Position numbers and translations under genes: made by a program. Below are positions 49,029 to 59,118 of a stretch of DNA of 64,000 nt, piece after piece. The notes below the pieces were generated by a model that ran no database searches, was not told where the DNA came from, and saw nothing but the letters and a program-made list of their open reading frames with translations. The stretch is taken from IMG/VR virus record IMGVR_UViG_3300025543_000013, positions 1-64,000 of that record. One strand, 5' to 3'. The stretch is from a virus. The number at the start of each line of letters is the position of its first letter. Positions within the stretch are counted from its first letter, which is position 1.

Positions 49029-50891
49029 ATGGCAGATACAACATTATTTGGGAGACTACGAAGATTATTTGCAACAAATGTAATTGTTCGTAATGTCGGT
49101 GGTAAAAAACTAAAAATCGCCGATACAGACCAAGTTCAAAAACAGGTTAAATCACACCTTGTTGATAGATATACAAAACTACACAACAACTTAGATTTAG
49201 TCGGAACAGGTTATTCCACCGTTCATCAAATAATGGCGGCAAGATTGGCATTATTCAAAGATTATGAGTCAATGGATTCCGACCCAATTATTTCATCAGC
49301 GTTGGACATTTATTCAGATGAATCCACTATGAAAGGTGAATACGGAGATGTAATTAAGATTAAATCTGAAAATGAAAACATTAAAGAAATTCTACATAAT
49401 TTGTTTTATGATATTATGAATGTTGAGTTCAATTTATGGCCTTGGGTTCGTAATATGGTAAAGTATGGAGATTTCTTTTTATACTTAGATGTTCAAGAAC
49501 AATATGGTATTACCAATGTAGTTCCATTATCACCTTATGAAATCATAAGAGCAGAAGGTGAAGACCCAACTAATCCTTATTATACAAAATTTTATTTAGA
49601 AAGTATTGAAGGAGCACACCCTTACTTCGGACAACAAAGAAGTGGTAAAGGAAAAATAGAATTTGAAAATTTCCAAATTGCACATTTTAGAATGGCTAAT
49701 GATAGTAATTTCTTACCTTATGGTAAATCTATGATTGAATCTACTCGTAAAATTTGGAAACAATTAACACTTATGGAAGACGCAATGTTAATTCACAGAA
49801 TTATGAGAGCACCTTCTAAACGAGTATTCAAAATTGATATTGGAAACATTCCACCAAATGAAGTTGACAATTATATGCAAAGAATTATCAACAAGATGAA
49901 GAAAACACCATTTGTTGATGAATCAACCGGTGAATATAATTTAAAATACAATATACAAAACTTAACAGAAGATTTCTTCTTACCGGTTCGTGGTGGAGAT
50001 TCAGGAACAGAAATCAATGAATTAGGTGGTATTGATTATGATTCAACCGAAGATGTTGAATATCTAAAAAGTAAACTTTTAGCATCACTAAGAGTACCGA
50101 AAGCATTCTTAGGATTTGATGAAAATGTTGGTGGTAAAGCAACCTTAGCAGCAGAAGATGTTAGATTCGCAAGAACCATTGAAAGAATACAAAGAATTAT
50201 TGTAAGTGAATTAACAAAGATAGCAGTTGTTCACTTGTATTCACAAGGATACACCGACGCAGACTTGGTAAACTTTGAATTAGAATTAGCAAGTCCTTCA
50301 ACAATGTATGAACAAGAAAAGATTGAATTATGGGGACAGAAAGTTACATTGGCTCGTGATATGTTGAGTGATAAAATTCTACCTTATAATTGGATTTATG
50401 ATAACATTTTTAATTTTTCACAAGAAGAAAAAATTCAAATTGAAAATGAAATCATTGAAGACCAAAAACAAAAATTCAGACACTCACAGATTGAAATGGA
50501 AGGTAATGACCCAATGAATACCGGTGAGGCAGTAGGAACACCAAGTAGTATGGCAACTATCGGTATCGGTGCAGAAGACCAAGCAACACCACCCGAAACC
50601 GCAGCAGGTTCCATATTCGACCCAATGTATGACGGAGAAGACGACAGACCAGAAGACCAACAAGGTGGTCGTCCACAAGAGATGAACCACTATGGAAAAG
50701 ATAGTGGAGCAAGAGGTCGTGACCCATTAGGGAAACAAACTAAAAACAGACGACCTTTAGCACTCGCTCACTACGACGCATTAAAGAAAACAATGGGTAA
50801 TAAGTCAAAGGACATACTGAACGAAACCAAACAAGTAGATGAATTAAAAGAAGAATATAATGAATATACTAAGGAAAACGGAGAGAAATAA
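49029..50891 (+). CDS. Portal protein (T4 gp20-like)
   Basis: QLTLMEDAMLIHRIMRAP..RVFKIDIGNIP, EDFFLPVRG...GTEI, LRVPK. Confidence 0.93.
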   Translation: MADTTLFGRLRRLFATNVIVRNVGGKKLKIADTDQVQKQVKSHLVDRYTKLHNNLDLVGTGYSTVHQIMAARLALFKDYESMDSDPIISSALDIYSDESTMKGEYGDVIKIKSENENIKEILHNLFYDIMNVEFNLWPWVRNMVKYGDFFLYLDVQEQYGITNVVPLSPYEIIRAEGEDPTNPYYTKFYLESIEGAHPYFGQQRSGKGKIEFENFQIAHFRMANDSNFLPYGKSMIESTRKIWKQLTLMEDAMLIHRIMRAPSKRVFKIDIGNIPPNEVDNYMQRIINKMKKTPFVDESTGEYNLKYNIQNLTEDFFLPVRGGDSGTEINELGGIDYDSTEDVEYLKSKLLASLRVPKAFLGFDENVGGKATLAAEDVRFARTIERIQRIIVSELTKIAVVHLYSQGYTDADLVNFELELASPSTMYEQEKIELWGQKVTLARDMLSDKILPYNWIYDNIFNFSQEEKIQIENEIIEDQKQKFRHSQIEMEGNDPMNTGEAVGTPSSMATIGIGAEDQATPPETAAGSIFDPMYDGEDDRPEDQQGGRPQEMNHYGKDSGARGRDPLGKQTKNRRPLALAHYDALKKTMGNKSKDILNETKQVDELKEEYNEYTKENGEK

Positions 50892-50911
50892 TACCGATTT
50901 TTCCTAAGTTT

Positions 50912-50921
50912 TATATTTATT
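50912..50921 (+). promoter_or_regulatory. Candidate late promoter TATATTTATT
   Basis: Recurring intergenic motif. Confidence 0.55.
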
Positions 50922-50955
50922 ATTGATAAAAAACACAAAATACTTTGGAGCTCAA

Positions 50956-51828
50956 ATGTCTTATGTAAAACATAATAAGATAAAGAATACAGGTATTCTT
51001 TATGAACTTTTATCTCGTCAAATTACTGTTGATGTGATAAATGACACAAAAAATCCTAAGTCAGTTAAATTATTTAAAGAATTTTTTAATAAAAATACTG
51101 AATTAGGTAAAGAATACGAATTATATTCAATCTTATTGAATAAAAAATACAAAAACTTGACTCACGCATCTTCTTTATTAGAAGCAGTAGTCAAAAGTCG
51201 TCGTAAATTGTCAAATCGTCGTTTGGCAAATGAAAAATTCAATCTAATTAAAACAATTAAAGAAAATTACGACATCAAAGAATTCTTCAATACAAGAATT
51301 CCTAACTTTAAAGTATTGGCATCGGTTTATCGTGTTTTTCAAACAGAAACCGGCAAAGAAGACTTTGGCCCATTAGCAAAAACAGATTCATCAATCACCA
51401 TAACTGAACATATTACTCAAACTAAACAAACAAGAGTGAAAAAACAAGTTATGAGTGAATATTCTTCACAAGAAAAAGATTTAAGATTGTTAAGTTATCA
51501 GTTATTAGTGGATAAGTTTAATAAAAAGTATAAGTCTTTAAATGAAAGTCAAAAAAACTTGTTGAAACAATATATCAACAATGTATCTAATACAAATTCA
51601 TTAAAAGAATTTATAGATTCAGAAGTAATCAAAGTCAAGAGAGCTCTAAAGACACTACTTCCAAAGATAGATGACAAGATTACAAAAATTAAACTTTCAG
51701 AAGCTATTAACTACACAGACGAAGCCACAAAAGGTAAAGTCGTGAAAGATAAACACGTGGTTGCATTGATGAGATACTATGAACTTATTAAGGAAATAAA
51801 AAATGTCCAATCACGACAAAATAGCTAA
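50956..51828 (+). CDS. Helical head-module protein of unknown function
   Basis: KHNKIKNTGILYELL N-terminus; directly after portal; ATG at 50956 after GGAG. Confidence 0.7.
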   Translation: MSYVKHNKIKNTGILYELLSRQITVDVINDTKNPKSVKLFKEFFNKNTELGKEYELYSILLNKKYKNLTHASSLLEAVVKSRRKLSNRRLANEKFNLIKTIKENYDIKEFFNTRIPNFKVLASVYRVFQTETGKEDFGPLAKTDSSITITEHITQTKQTRVKKQVMSEYSSQEKDLRLLSYQLLVDKFNKKYKSLNESQKNLLKQYINNVSNTNSLKEFIDSEVIKVKRALKTLLPKIDDKITKIKLSEAINYTDEATKGKVVKDKHVVALMRYYELIKEIKNVQSRQNS

Positions 51829-53197
51829 ACTCAAAGAAATCATTAGACACTTAGTTGTTCAAGAACTAAGAAAAGATGATATCGAAGAAGCATCAACAAC
51901 TGCTTCTGCCGGTGCAGCAAATCCAATGGGAACCGGTATTCATTACGATACACCAAAAGCATTCTCAAGTGGTTCAGCAGTTGGACACAAAAGTCCAGAA
52001 GTCGGTGGATATAAAAAAATCAAAGAAGATAAAGACATTGGTCACCAAGACGACGAACCAGATATGTTGAAATCTACTGCATTGGAAATCCAAGAGTATG
52101 GTAAAAAACTATACGACGCATTAGATAAATACGACAAGATGGAAGACGAAGTTGATTTTCCTAATTGGTGGCAGTCAAAACTAATCGTTGCAAAAGATTA
52201 TCTACAAAAAGCATATCATTATTTAAATTCAGAAGAAAAGAAAGACGGAGTTCAAGAATCAATCACCGGTTCAGACAGAAAAGAATTACTACAAATCGGT
52301 AAAGAAATCAAAGATAACTTGATAAAACATCATTCAGGTCTTAGTGGAAATGAAAGAATGTTGACACAAGCAATAGGTTCAACATTTATGTCTATGGGAT
52401 TTTCACCAGATAACAAAAATTATCAAAACTACAAAAAATACTTTCCAAAAAACTTTAATAGTTCATCAGTTCAAAAATTAGCTGGTATACTACAAAAGGA
52501 AAAAGATACCGTTAGAGCAACATTTTTTAAACAAGTTGTTAAAGAATCAATAAATGAAAAAACATCACCAAACGAAATGTATGATGATATGGTAAAAACT
52601 TTAAACACATCAAATCAAAAAAAGGCATTACAAAGATTAATAGATGAGTTTGAAATCGGTAGAGTTTATTATATGTTTTCAACAAATAGACGAGGATTTT
52701 TCCAAGCAGTTTTAACCGCAGAAGCATTGATGAAAGCAAAAAATCTAAAAGAAGTCACTCAACAAGAAATTGATGCGGTAAACAAACTTGTTAAAAGTTT
52801 TGATGTATTACGAAAAGAATATCAAAAAATCACCAACACAGGTGATAAAACACTTAAAGACAAAATATTCAATAATTATTATGAATATATCCAAGTGGCT
52901 CAAAAAGAAATGGAAAGACTTGCAGGAATTTTAAAAACCAAACAAATGATAGGTGAGGGTCGTTATCACGAATGGAGAAACGACGAATCCCTAACACCAA
53001 AACAAAAGATTGGTCAATCCGTAAAAGAAATTAGAGATTCATTAAACGAATTAGACAAAACAATCAAAATGAATTTAAAATTAAAAACAGAATTAAATAT
53101 GAGTTCTCAAGATTATTGGAAGAACACACACAAAGCACTAACCAAAATTTCTGAAAGGTTAGTTAAAATGGCAAACAAAGTAGGAAATTTAAAATAA
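51803..53197 (+). CDS. Multi-module putative prohead core/internal protein
   Basis: KLKEIIR leader; segments bounded by IEE, IKE, VQE, ESINE, LKE, IGE. Confidence 0.65.
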   Translation: MSNHDKIAKLKEIIRHLVVQELRKDDIEEASTTASAGAANPMGTGIHYDTPKAFSSGSAVGHKSPEVGGYKKIKEDKDIGHQDDEPDMLKSTALEIQEYGKKLYDALDKYDKMEDEVDFPNWWQSKLIVAKDYLQKAYHYLNSEEKKDGVQESITGSDRKELLQIGKEIKDNLIKHHSGLSGNERMLTQAIGSTFMSMGFSPDNKNYQNYKKYFPKNFNSSSVQKLAGILQKEKDTVRATFFKQVVKESINEKTSPNEMYDDMVKTLNTSNQKKALQRLIDEFEIGRVYYMFSTNRRGFFQAVLTAEALMKAKNLKEVTQQEIDAVNKLVKSFDVLRKEYQKITNTGDKTLKDKIFNNYYEYIQVAQKEMERLAGILKTKQMIGEGRYHEWRNDESLTPKQKIGQSVKEIRDSLNELDKTIKMNLKLKTELNMSSQDYWKNTHKALTKISERLVKMANKVGNLK

Positions 53198-53820
53198 TGA
53201 AACAAGTTATCGTAGATTACACACCATTTAATGTTTCAGCAACTCAAATCAATGAGTCAATGAAAGAAAACAACGGAAAGTTGATTGTAAAAGGTGTATT
53301 ACAAAGAGCAGAAGCAAAAAATCAAAATGGTAGAGTATATCCAAGAGATATTTTAGTTCGTGAATCTAAAAAATACAACGAAAATTTTGTAAGTCAAAAC
53401 AGAGCACTCGGTGAATTAGACCACCCAGATAGTTCCGTAGTTAATTTACAAAATGTTTCTCACAATGTCAAGGAAATGCATTTCGAAGGTGACAATTTAG
53501 TCGGAACCGTAGAAATCTTGACAACACCAAGTGGTAATATCTTAAAAGAGCTATTTAGAAATGGTATCAAATTAGGTATTAGTTCACGAGGATTGGGTAG
53601 TGTCGAAATGGTACAAGAAGCCAACGGAGACACCGTATCAAAAGTCGGTGATGACTTTGAATTAATCGCTTTTGATTTTGTTTCCAATCCTTCAACTCAC
53701 GGAGCATTCTTATATCCACAAAAAATGAATGAGTCCGTAGACAACACCTTAACCGGTAGAACTTGTGGAGATTATTGTAAGGCAGAAAATATAATTAATT
53801 CAATTATTAGAGGCGAATAA
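53197..53820 (+). CDS. Prohead core protease (T4 gp21-like)
   Basis: KNQNGRVYP, ALGELDHP, VSH, LGISSRGLGS, DFVSNPS. Confidence 0.95.
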   Translation: MKQVIVDYTPFNVSATQINESMKENNGKLIVKGVLQRAEAKNQNGRVYPRDILVRESKKYNENFVSQNRALGELDHPDSSVVNLQNVSHNVKEMHFEGDNLVGTVEILTTPSGNILKELFRNGIKLGISSRGLGSVEMVQEANGDTVSKVGDDFELIAFDFVSNPSTHGAFLYPQKMNESVDNTLTGRTCGDYCKAENIINSIIRGE

Positions 53821-54215
53821 TGGACTTACGAGAATTATCAAAAATCACAACAAGATACACCAATCGTTTAGATGAAGCAATGAAAATCAAAGGTGCTAAT
53901 GGTAAAATGGTTGAAGTTCCAAGTGAATACGGAAGAATAATGAGTGGAATCGATAGAGTGATGTCAAAATTTAGTCCACGAGGAGTTATGTTTGGATATC
54001 AAAGATATCACAAACTAAAACCAAATGATGAATATAGTGGTTCAATTATTTTAAAAAATCCGTTATCTAAAAAAGATACTGATGATGTTATGAAACATCT
54101 TAAAAGTGCAGGTAGTTCATTAGGAGTTAAATTTGAAAAAATTACATTTAATCCAGATAGAAATGAACCATTTGTTGAATTTAGAATAGATGACGATAGT
54201 TTAATGGTGAGATAG
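53820..54215 (+). CDS. Hypothetical protein, putative head cargo
   Basis: Leader ends RLDE|AMKI; translationally coupled to the protease gene. Confidence 0.6.
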   Translation: MDLRELSKITTRYTNRLDEAMKIKGANGKMVEVPSEYGRIMSGIDRVMSKFSPRGVMFGYQRYHKLKPNDEYSGSIILKNPLSKKDTDDVMKHLKSAGSSLGVKFEKITFNPDRNEPFVEFRIDDDSLMVR

Positions 54216-54218
54216 AAA

Positions 54219-56570
54219 ATGCCAGCCGTTAGTAAAAAACAACAAAAATTTATGGGGATTGTAAGGTCAATCCAAAAAGGTGAACAACCAGCGTCTAAGT
54301 TTTCCAAAGACGCACAAGATGTTGCCAAAGATATGAAAAAGAAAGATGTGAAGAAATTCGCATCAACCAAACATAAGGGTTTACCAATGAAAAAAGAACA
54401 AATGATAAATCGTTTAAAAGAAATGATTAAACAAGAATTATCAGAATACACTTATGGTGTAGGTGATATCGTTAAAGATGTCAATCCTTCTTGTTTACAT
54501 TACGGAGCAATCGGTAAAGTAAAAGAGGTAAATCCAGAATATGTTACTTTTGTCGTGACGAACAACGGAGATAATTTTTCCAAAGGACAAACATTAGAAA
54601 AATCACACGACCAAATGAAAAAAGTGAATGAAGGTTCAATGGATTGGGAAAAGAAACATTTCCCTTGGGCAAATAAAGAAGAACAAATGATGATTGCTAA
54701 ACTTGTGTTTTCAAATAAAGATGGTATTGATGGTGAAGTAAAACGTCAAAAGAAGAACCCGAGTTCTTATAAAGACCACATAAAAAGAATGGTTAAAAAA
54801 GGATTACACGAATCAGTAAATGAATCAACTGCCAGAACTGATAAATCAATCGGAACTAAAAACTACAAAGGTGTAGGTTGGTTCTGGCCAAATGATGGTT
54901 GGAAACATTATTTAAGAGATGTTGAAAACGCAGGAAGAAAAGAAGTTCACGACCTTTGGTTAAAAGCAGGATTTGAAGTTAAAAAAGACAATCGTGGAAT
55001 TCCACACTTTGACATTAAACCAAATGAAAGAGGAAAGGCAATGGACATTGTTAACAAATTAGACAGGTCAAAAAAATATAAACACGCTAACGAATCAGTA
55101 AACGAAGCAACATTTACACCAATTGATAAAATAAAAGATATTAAAAACTTAGTAAAAAAAGATTTAGTAACATATAGAGGTGGTAAAGGAGGTGGTTATG
55201 AAATAGCAATTCGTAATAGAAAAGTTCCTGGTTGGCCAATACCACGTGATTTATATTTCACAAAAGATGGTAGAGTGAATACATCACCAGAAGCACAAAA
55301 GACTATTTCCGATACAAGAAGAAAACAATATGCAATAAAACCAATTGCAGTATATAATATACATTCTAATGATTTAAGGAAATTAAGGCAATTTGGAGAC
55401 GTTGTAGGATTAGCACCAAACAGGAGAGAATCAGTAGAATCAGTAAACGAAGCAAATCCAAAAGATACTATTGCAACTATCGATATGGTAAATGCATTAT
55501 TAAAAATTAAAAGTCCAATGTCAAGACAAACTTTAGACGCACTAAAAATGATGGTTAGACATTATGGACTTGACAACATTAAAAAAGAAGTTCAAAGAGA
55601 TGCCAGAAAATTTTACAAAAGTTTACAAAAAATGGAAAAAGGTTTAAACCAAGACATTGAACTTGAAAGTATCATCAAAGAAGATTACTTTGTTCGTGGT
55701 GGTGAAGAATTTTCAAAAAACTTTTTAACCGGACTTGATTTAGTTATTTCACAGGCAAATAATTTAAAAGGTCAATTATCAAAACATCCAGTTAAAAGAG
55801 ATGTGAATAAATTAAGAGCAATTCAAACAATTTATAAAAAGTTTTTACAACCATCAATAGATAAACAAACTGACCGTTTCAAATCAGTTGATTTAACTAA
55901 AGTAAAAAAATATTTACAAGACGGAAAATTTAGAAATGCACTTGAATATGAAATATTAAGTGCACTTTCTACAAGTAGTTACAATAGTAATTCTTATCGT
56001 TTCTTAGATGATAAACAACAAGAATTAGTAAAAAAACTTAGCAGTTCTTTAAAAGATTTAACCAATAAATTAGACAAAGCACAATTGGAATCAGTAAATG
56101 AAGCAAGTGTATCACAAGTTCGTTCAACTATATCAAGAGTTAAAAAACAATTGATGCAAAAATGGGCTAAAAAAGGTGGATACGAAAACTTTGGTCAAAA
56201 AGAACTTCGTAATTTAAGAGATAAGTTTAAAGAAAATCCTTATGGTAGTCCAGAAGAAAGAAAGATTTCAGATATGTTAAGTGCATTTGATAATTGGGCT
56301 ATGAATTATAGTGGTGATATGAGAGAAACAGTAATTAAAGAAGCCGGTGGTGTAGAAAAGATTTTAGATATGGCAAGAAATAATTCATATGGAAAACTTG
56401 GTGGACAAACCGTTGATGGTCTGACTGCAAATTTATTTAAAGCAGTTTACGATAGAGCACCACAAGACGCAAAAGATAAAGTTAATAAAATGAACGAAAG
56501 AGAATTAATCAGATTTATGGGTAATTTATGGAATAAGTTCGGTAAAAACGTTACTTTGAGGAGTAGTTAA
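54219..56570 (+). CDS. Polyprotein of unrelated modules joined by ESVNE(A) linkers
   Basis: MPAVSKKQQKFMG...FASTKHKGLP N-terminal module; four ESVNE linkers plus LSE, VNE and two IKE. Confidence 0.7.
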   Translation: MPAVSKKQQKFMGIVRSIQKGEQPASKFSKDAQDVAKDMKKKDVKKFASTKHKGLPMKKEQMINRLKEMIKQELSEYTYGVGDIVKDVNPSCLHYGAIGKVKEVNPEYVTFVVTNNGDNFSKGQTLEKSHDQMKKVNEGSMDWEKKHFPWANKEEQMMIAKLVFSNKDGIDGEVKRQKKNPSSYKDHIKRMVKKGLHESVNESTARTDKSIGTKNYKGVGWFWPNDGWKHYLRDVENAGRKEVHDLWLKAGFEVKKDNRGIPHFDIKPNERGKAMDIVNKLDRSKKYKHANESVNEATFTPIDKIKDIKNLVKKDLVTYRGGKGGGYEIAIRNRKVPGWPIPRDLYFTKDGRVNTSPEAQKTISDTRRKQYAIKPIAVYNIHSNDLRKLRQFGDVVGLAPNRRESVESVNEANPKDTIATIDMVNALLKIKSPMSRQTLDALKMMVRHYGLDNIKKEVQRDARKFYKSLQKMEKGLNQDIELESIIKEDYFVRGGEEFSKNFLTGLDLVISQANNLKGQLSKHPVKRDVNKLRAIQTIYKKFLQPSIDKQTDRFKSVDLTKVKKYLQDGKFRNALEYEILSALSTSSYNSNSYRFLDDKQQELVKKLSSSLKDLTNKLDKAQLESVNEASVSQVRSTISRVKKQLMQKWAKKGGYENFGQKELRNLRDKFKENPYGSPEERKISDMLSAFDNWAMNYSGDMRETVIKEAGGVEKILDMARNNSYGKLGGQTVDGLTANLFKAVYDRAPQDAKDKVNKMNERELIRFMGNLWNKFGKNVTLRSS
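54810..56106 (+). repeat. Dispersed linker repeat GAATCAGTAAAYGAA(GCAA)
   Basis: Copies at 54810, 55092, 55437 and 56088; related GAATCAATAAATGAA at 52544. Confidence 0.85.
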
Positions 56571-56571
56571 A

Positions 56572-57009
56572 ATGGATAAAAAATTAGCAATGAAAATAAG
56601 TGATTCTTGGAAAGACTTTCGTTTAAATTCTTTAACAGAAGCAATGAAAATTTTCCCAGCTGGAGCACAACACGGATTTGATTTAACAGATTTCAAACCA
56701 AGAGGATTTGAAAAGTTTTTAACTGCATTAGGTATTCCTAAAGTGGCAAAAGGTTCATCAACCGGAGTAAGTTGGTCTGCAGGAAATAATTTTTATTGGA
56801 GAAACAAAGATATTATTATCATTACTGCAAACAATCCAATTACAGGTCAATATTATGCACCAGACAGAAGAAGTCCAGAAAAGAATTACGCATCATATGT
56901 GGGAATTGAAACAAAAAATCCAGATGATATGGAAAGAGTGGTTAAATTATTTAAACAACACACATCTTATCGTAAAGGTGAATCAAAAGGTAGAAGGGAT
57001 TTTGTATAA
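56572..57009 (+). CDS. Hypothetical protein, putative head cargo
   Basis: Leader ends SLTE|AMKI; GAGGAG RBS. Confidence 0.6.
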   Translation: MDKKLAMKISDSWKDFRLNSLTEAMKIFPAGAQHGFDLTDFKPRGFEKFLTALGIPKVAKGSSTGVSWSAGNNFYWRNKDIIIITANNPITGQYYAPDRRSPEKNYASYVGIETKNPDDMERVVKLFKQHTSYRKGESKGRRDFV

Positions 57010-58061
57010 TGATTAAAATTAAAGATATCATTAAAGAACATAAAATCATAATGACTGAGGCATTTGCATCAGGTAAACTTCGTGCATTGACAAACAATTG
57101 GAGGTCAAACGATTCAGACTTTTGGGCATACGGAGCAAAACTTGGTATCGAGTGGGACAAAATCACAGACCAAGAAATCAAAACCAATACCAAACCACTT
57201 AAAAAAGGAATTGAACTTGTTTATGTTGATAAAGATGTTTCAGTTCCACAAAAAGGTAACACAGGAAATTGGGGTAGATATGATATCGGTATTGACAAGT
57301 TTACATTGATTAGTGTGTTGAAAGACGGAAAACCACTTTGGTATACAAAAAGTTGGAAACCATTAACCAATGTAATGACTGCAACCGGTAAATCAACTAA
57401 AACAAGTCGTTATGGTAGAACAACAAGTAGAGTTCCAGATATAGACGCAGGTTCAAGAGATTGGTCAAAAAATAGACAATTTGGATTAAATATGACCGGA
57501 TATCAATCATTAGCAGGTATGATGTCAATACCAGGAGTTAAATTCCATCACATTGATTTATCAGAAGACCAACCTTATATGGGGGCTGGTATCAAACGAC
57601 AAATGAGACAAGCAGCTCAATTCGGTGCAGCAAAATTCACCACTAATGATGAATTTGCAAGAATTAACAGACAATACTTTGACGAATTGTTAAAAGCAAG
57701 ATTAAACGACCCTAAAAAATTAGCACAAAAAGTAAAACAAGCAGCTGATTTTTGTCAACAAATTATTGACGCAGCACTTGGTGGTGTTACAGCAACAGGT
57801 AAAGTAAAAAGTATTATTGACAAATTTCAGTCCAATAGAACAACTGCAACACAAGAGGCAGACGCTTATGCATTGGCATCAGAGGTAGGTGATGAATTAA
57901 GTAGATTGTATAGATATTATGGATATTATTTAGAAGCAATCCAAAAAGAAAAAGAAGATAAAATTAAATACGGAACAGCAGACTTCACAAAAGATGAAGC
58001 TGAAGGCCACGCAAAAGATGTTCAACAATATTACAATTATATTATGGGAGGAAAATTCTAA
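57009..58061 (+). CDS. Hypothetical protein with MIKIKDIIKE leader
   Basis: Long coupled ORF carrying the shared leader. Confidence 0.65.
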   Translation: MIKIKDIIKEHKIIMTEAFASGKLRALTNNWRSNDSDFWAYGAKLGIEWDKITDQEIKTNTKPLKKGIELVYVDKDVSVPQKGNTGNWGRYDIGIDKFTLISVLKDGKPLWYTKSWKPLTNVMTATGKSTKTSRYGRTTSRVPDIDAGSRDWSKNRQFGLNMTGYQSLAGMMSIPGVKFHHIDLSEDQPYMGAGIKRQMRQAAQFGAAKFTTNDEFARINRQYFDELLKARLNDPKKLAQKVKQAADFCQQIIDAALGGVTATGKVKSIIDKFQSNRTTATQEADAYALASEVGDELSRLYRYYGYYLEAIQKEKEDKIKYGTADFTKDEAEGHAKDVQQYYNYIMGGKF

Positions 58062-58324
58062 TGATTAAATTAAAAAACATATTAACAGAAAATGATTTAA
58101 CTTTTGTTTCAAAAATAATCGGTAAACCAGTTCGTGATATCGAAAGATTTCTTGACAAGAATAAAAAATTTCGTTCGGGTCAATTATACGATTATCTTGA
58201 CTTAGCTTACGATAATCAAGAAAGAAAAGAACGTGGAGAAGAAATTGTTAAGGCGATGAAAGGTGATAGTAAAGCACTTAAAGAATTAAATAGATTATTA
58301 AAATATTTTGGTAAAGATTACTGA
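58061..58324 (+). CDS. Hypothetical protein with MIKLKNILTE leader
   Basis: GGAGG RBS; shared leader. Confidence 0.65.
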   Translation: MIKLKNILTENDLTFVSKIIGKPVRDIERFLDKNKKFRSGQLYDYLDLAYDNQERKERGEEIVKAMKGDSKALKELNRLLKYFGKDY

Positions 58325-58326
58325 TA

Positions 58327-58581
58327 ATGATTAAATTAAAAAACATATTATCCGAACAAGACAACACCATTGATAAAAAAGAATGGGAAAAAGTCAGCAC
58401 AACCATTTATGACGGAATGGATACTTTGTTTTTTAAAGGTGTTAAGTATTTAAGAGATTACGATAGGTCAAACTTACCACCAAAAGAAAAAAGAATGTTA
58501 ACTGACTTTTTCAATGATTTCTCAGCACTTCAAAGAAGATTTGGAAAAATAGAAAGAGAAATTGACAGGTATGCAAAATGA
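58327..58581 (+). CDS. Hypothetical protein with MIKLKNILSE leader
   Basis: First 24 coding nt identical to those of 58061. Confidence 0.65.
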   Translation: MIKLKNILSEQDNTIDKKEWEKVSTTIYDGMDTLFFKGVKYLRDYDRSNLPPKEKRMLTDFFNDFSALQRRFGKIEREIDRYAK

Positions 58582-59093
58582 TTAAATTAAAATCTATATT
58601 ACAAGAAGAAATGAATCCAAGAGACAAACGAGAGTTTGAAGCAGCAGCTCGTGGTATCGAAACTAATTTAGAATACATCAAAGAAGAAGTCACAAGACTT
58701 GTCAAACTACTCAATAAAGAAGGTATGAGAAAGTCAGCAAACGAACTTCAAATATCATACAAAAGACGAGTATTAGAATTTGGATTAGATGTAAAAAACA
58801 TTACAAGACAACACATTGGAGAAGCAACAACAGGATTTACAGACGCAGGTAGAGGATATCAAAACAAAGAAACTCAAACCTTTTCAGTAAACGCAGTTAA
58901 AGACGCAAGTAAACAAGTTGGTAAATTACAACAAAGTGTTGTTGGACAATTTATCAAAGATATCAATCAGAAAAAATATGATGCTATGGACTTGGTTCGT
59001 GCAATCAAAACCACACCATTGGGTGACGCATCATTTAGTAAAAAAGATTTTTTTATGTCTTTGTTTGATTTGATTAAAAAACGAACAAGATGA
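58578..59093 (+). CDS. Hypothetical protein with MIKLKSILQE leader
   Basis: ATGA coupling; internal IGE|A junction. Confidence 0.65.
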   Translation: MIKLKSILQEEMNPRDKREFEAAARGIETNLEYIKEEVTRLVKLLNKEGMRKSANELQISYKRRVLEFGLDVKNITRQHIGEATTGFTDAGRGYQNKETQTFSVNAVKDASKQVGKLQQSVVGQFIKDINQKKYDAMDLVRAIKTTPLGDASFSKKDFFMSLFDLIKKRTR

Positions 59094-59101
59094 TATTTAT
59101 A
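59092..59101 (+). promoter_or_regulatory. Candidate late promoter GATATTTATA
   Basis: Recurring motif followed by AAGGAG RBS. Confidence 0.55.
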
Positions 59102-59118
59102 TACAAGGAGAAAACAAA

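Noticed and set aside
54810-56106. ESVNE repeats as CRISPR repeats or integron attC sites
   Set aside because: Short, non-palindromic, in frame and irregularly spaced by hundreds of nt; no cas or integrase gene in the window
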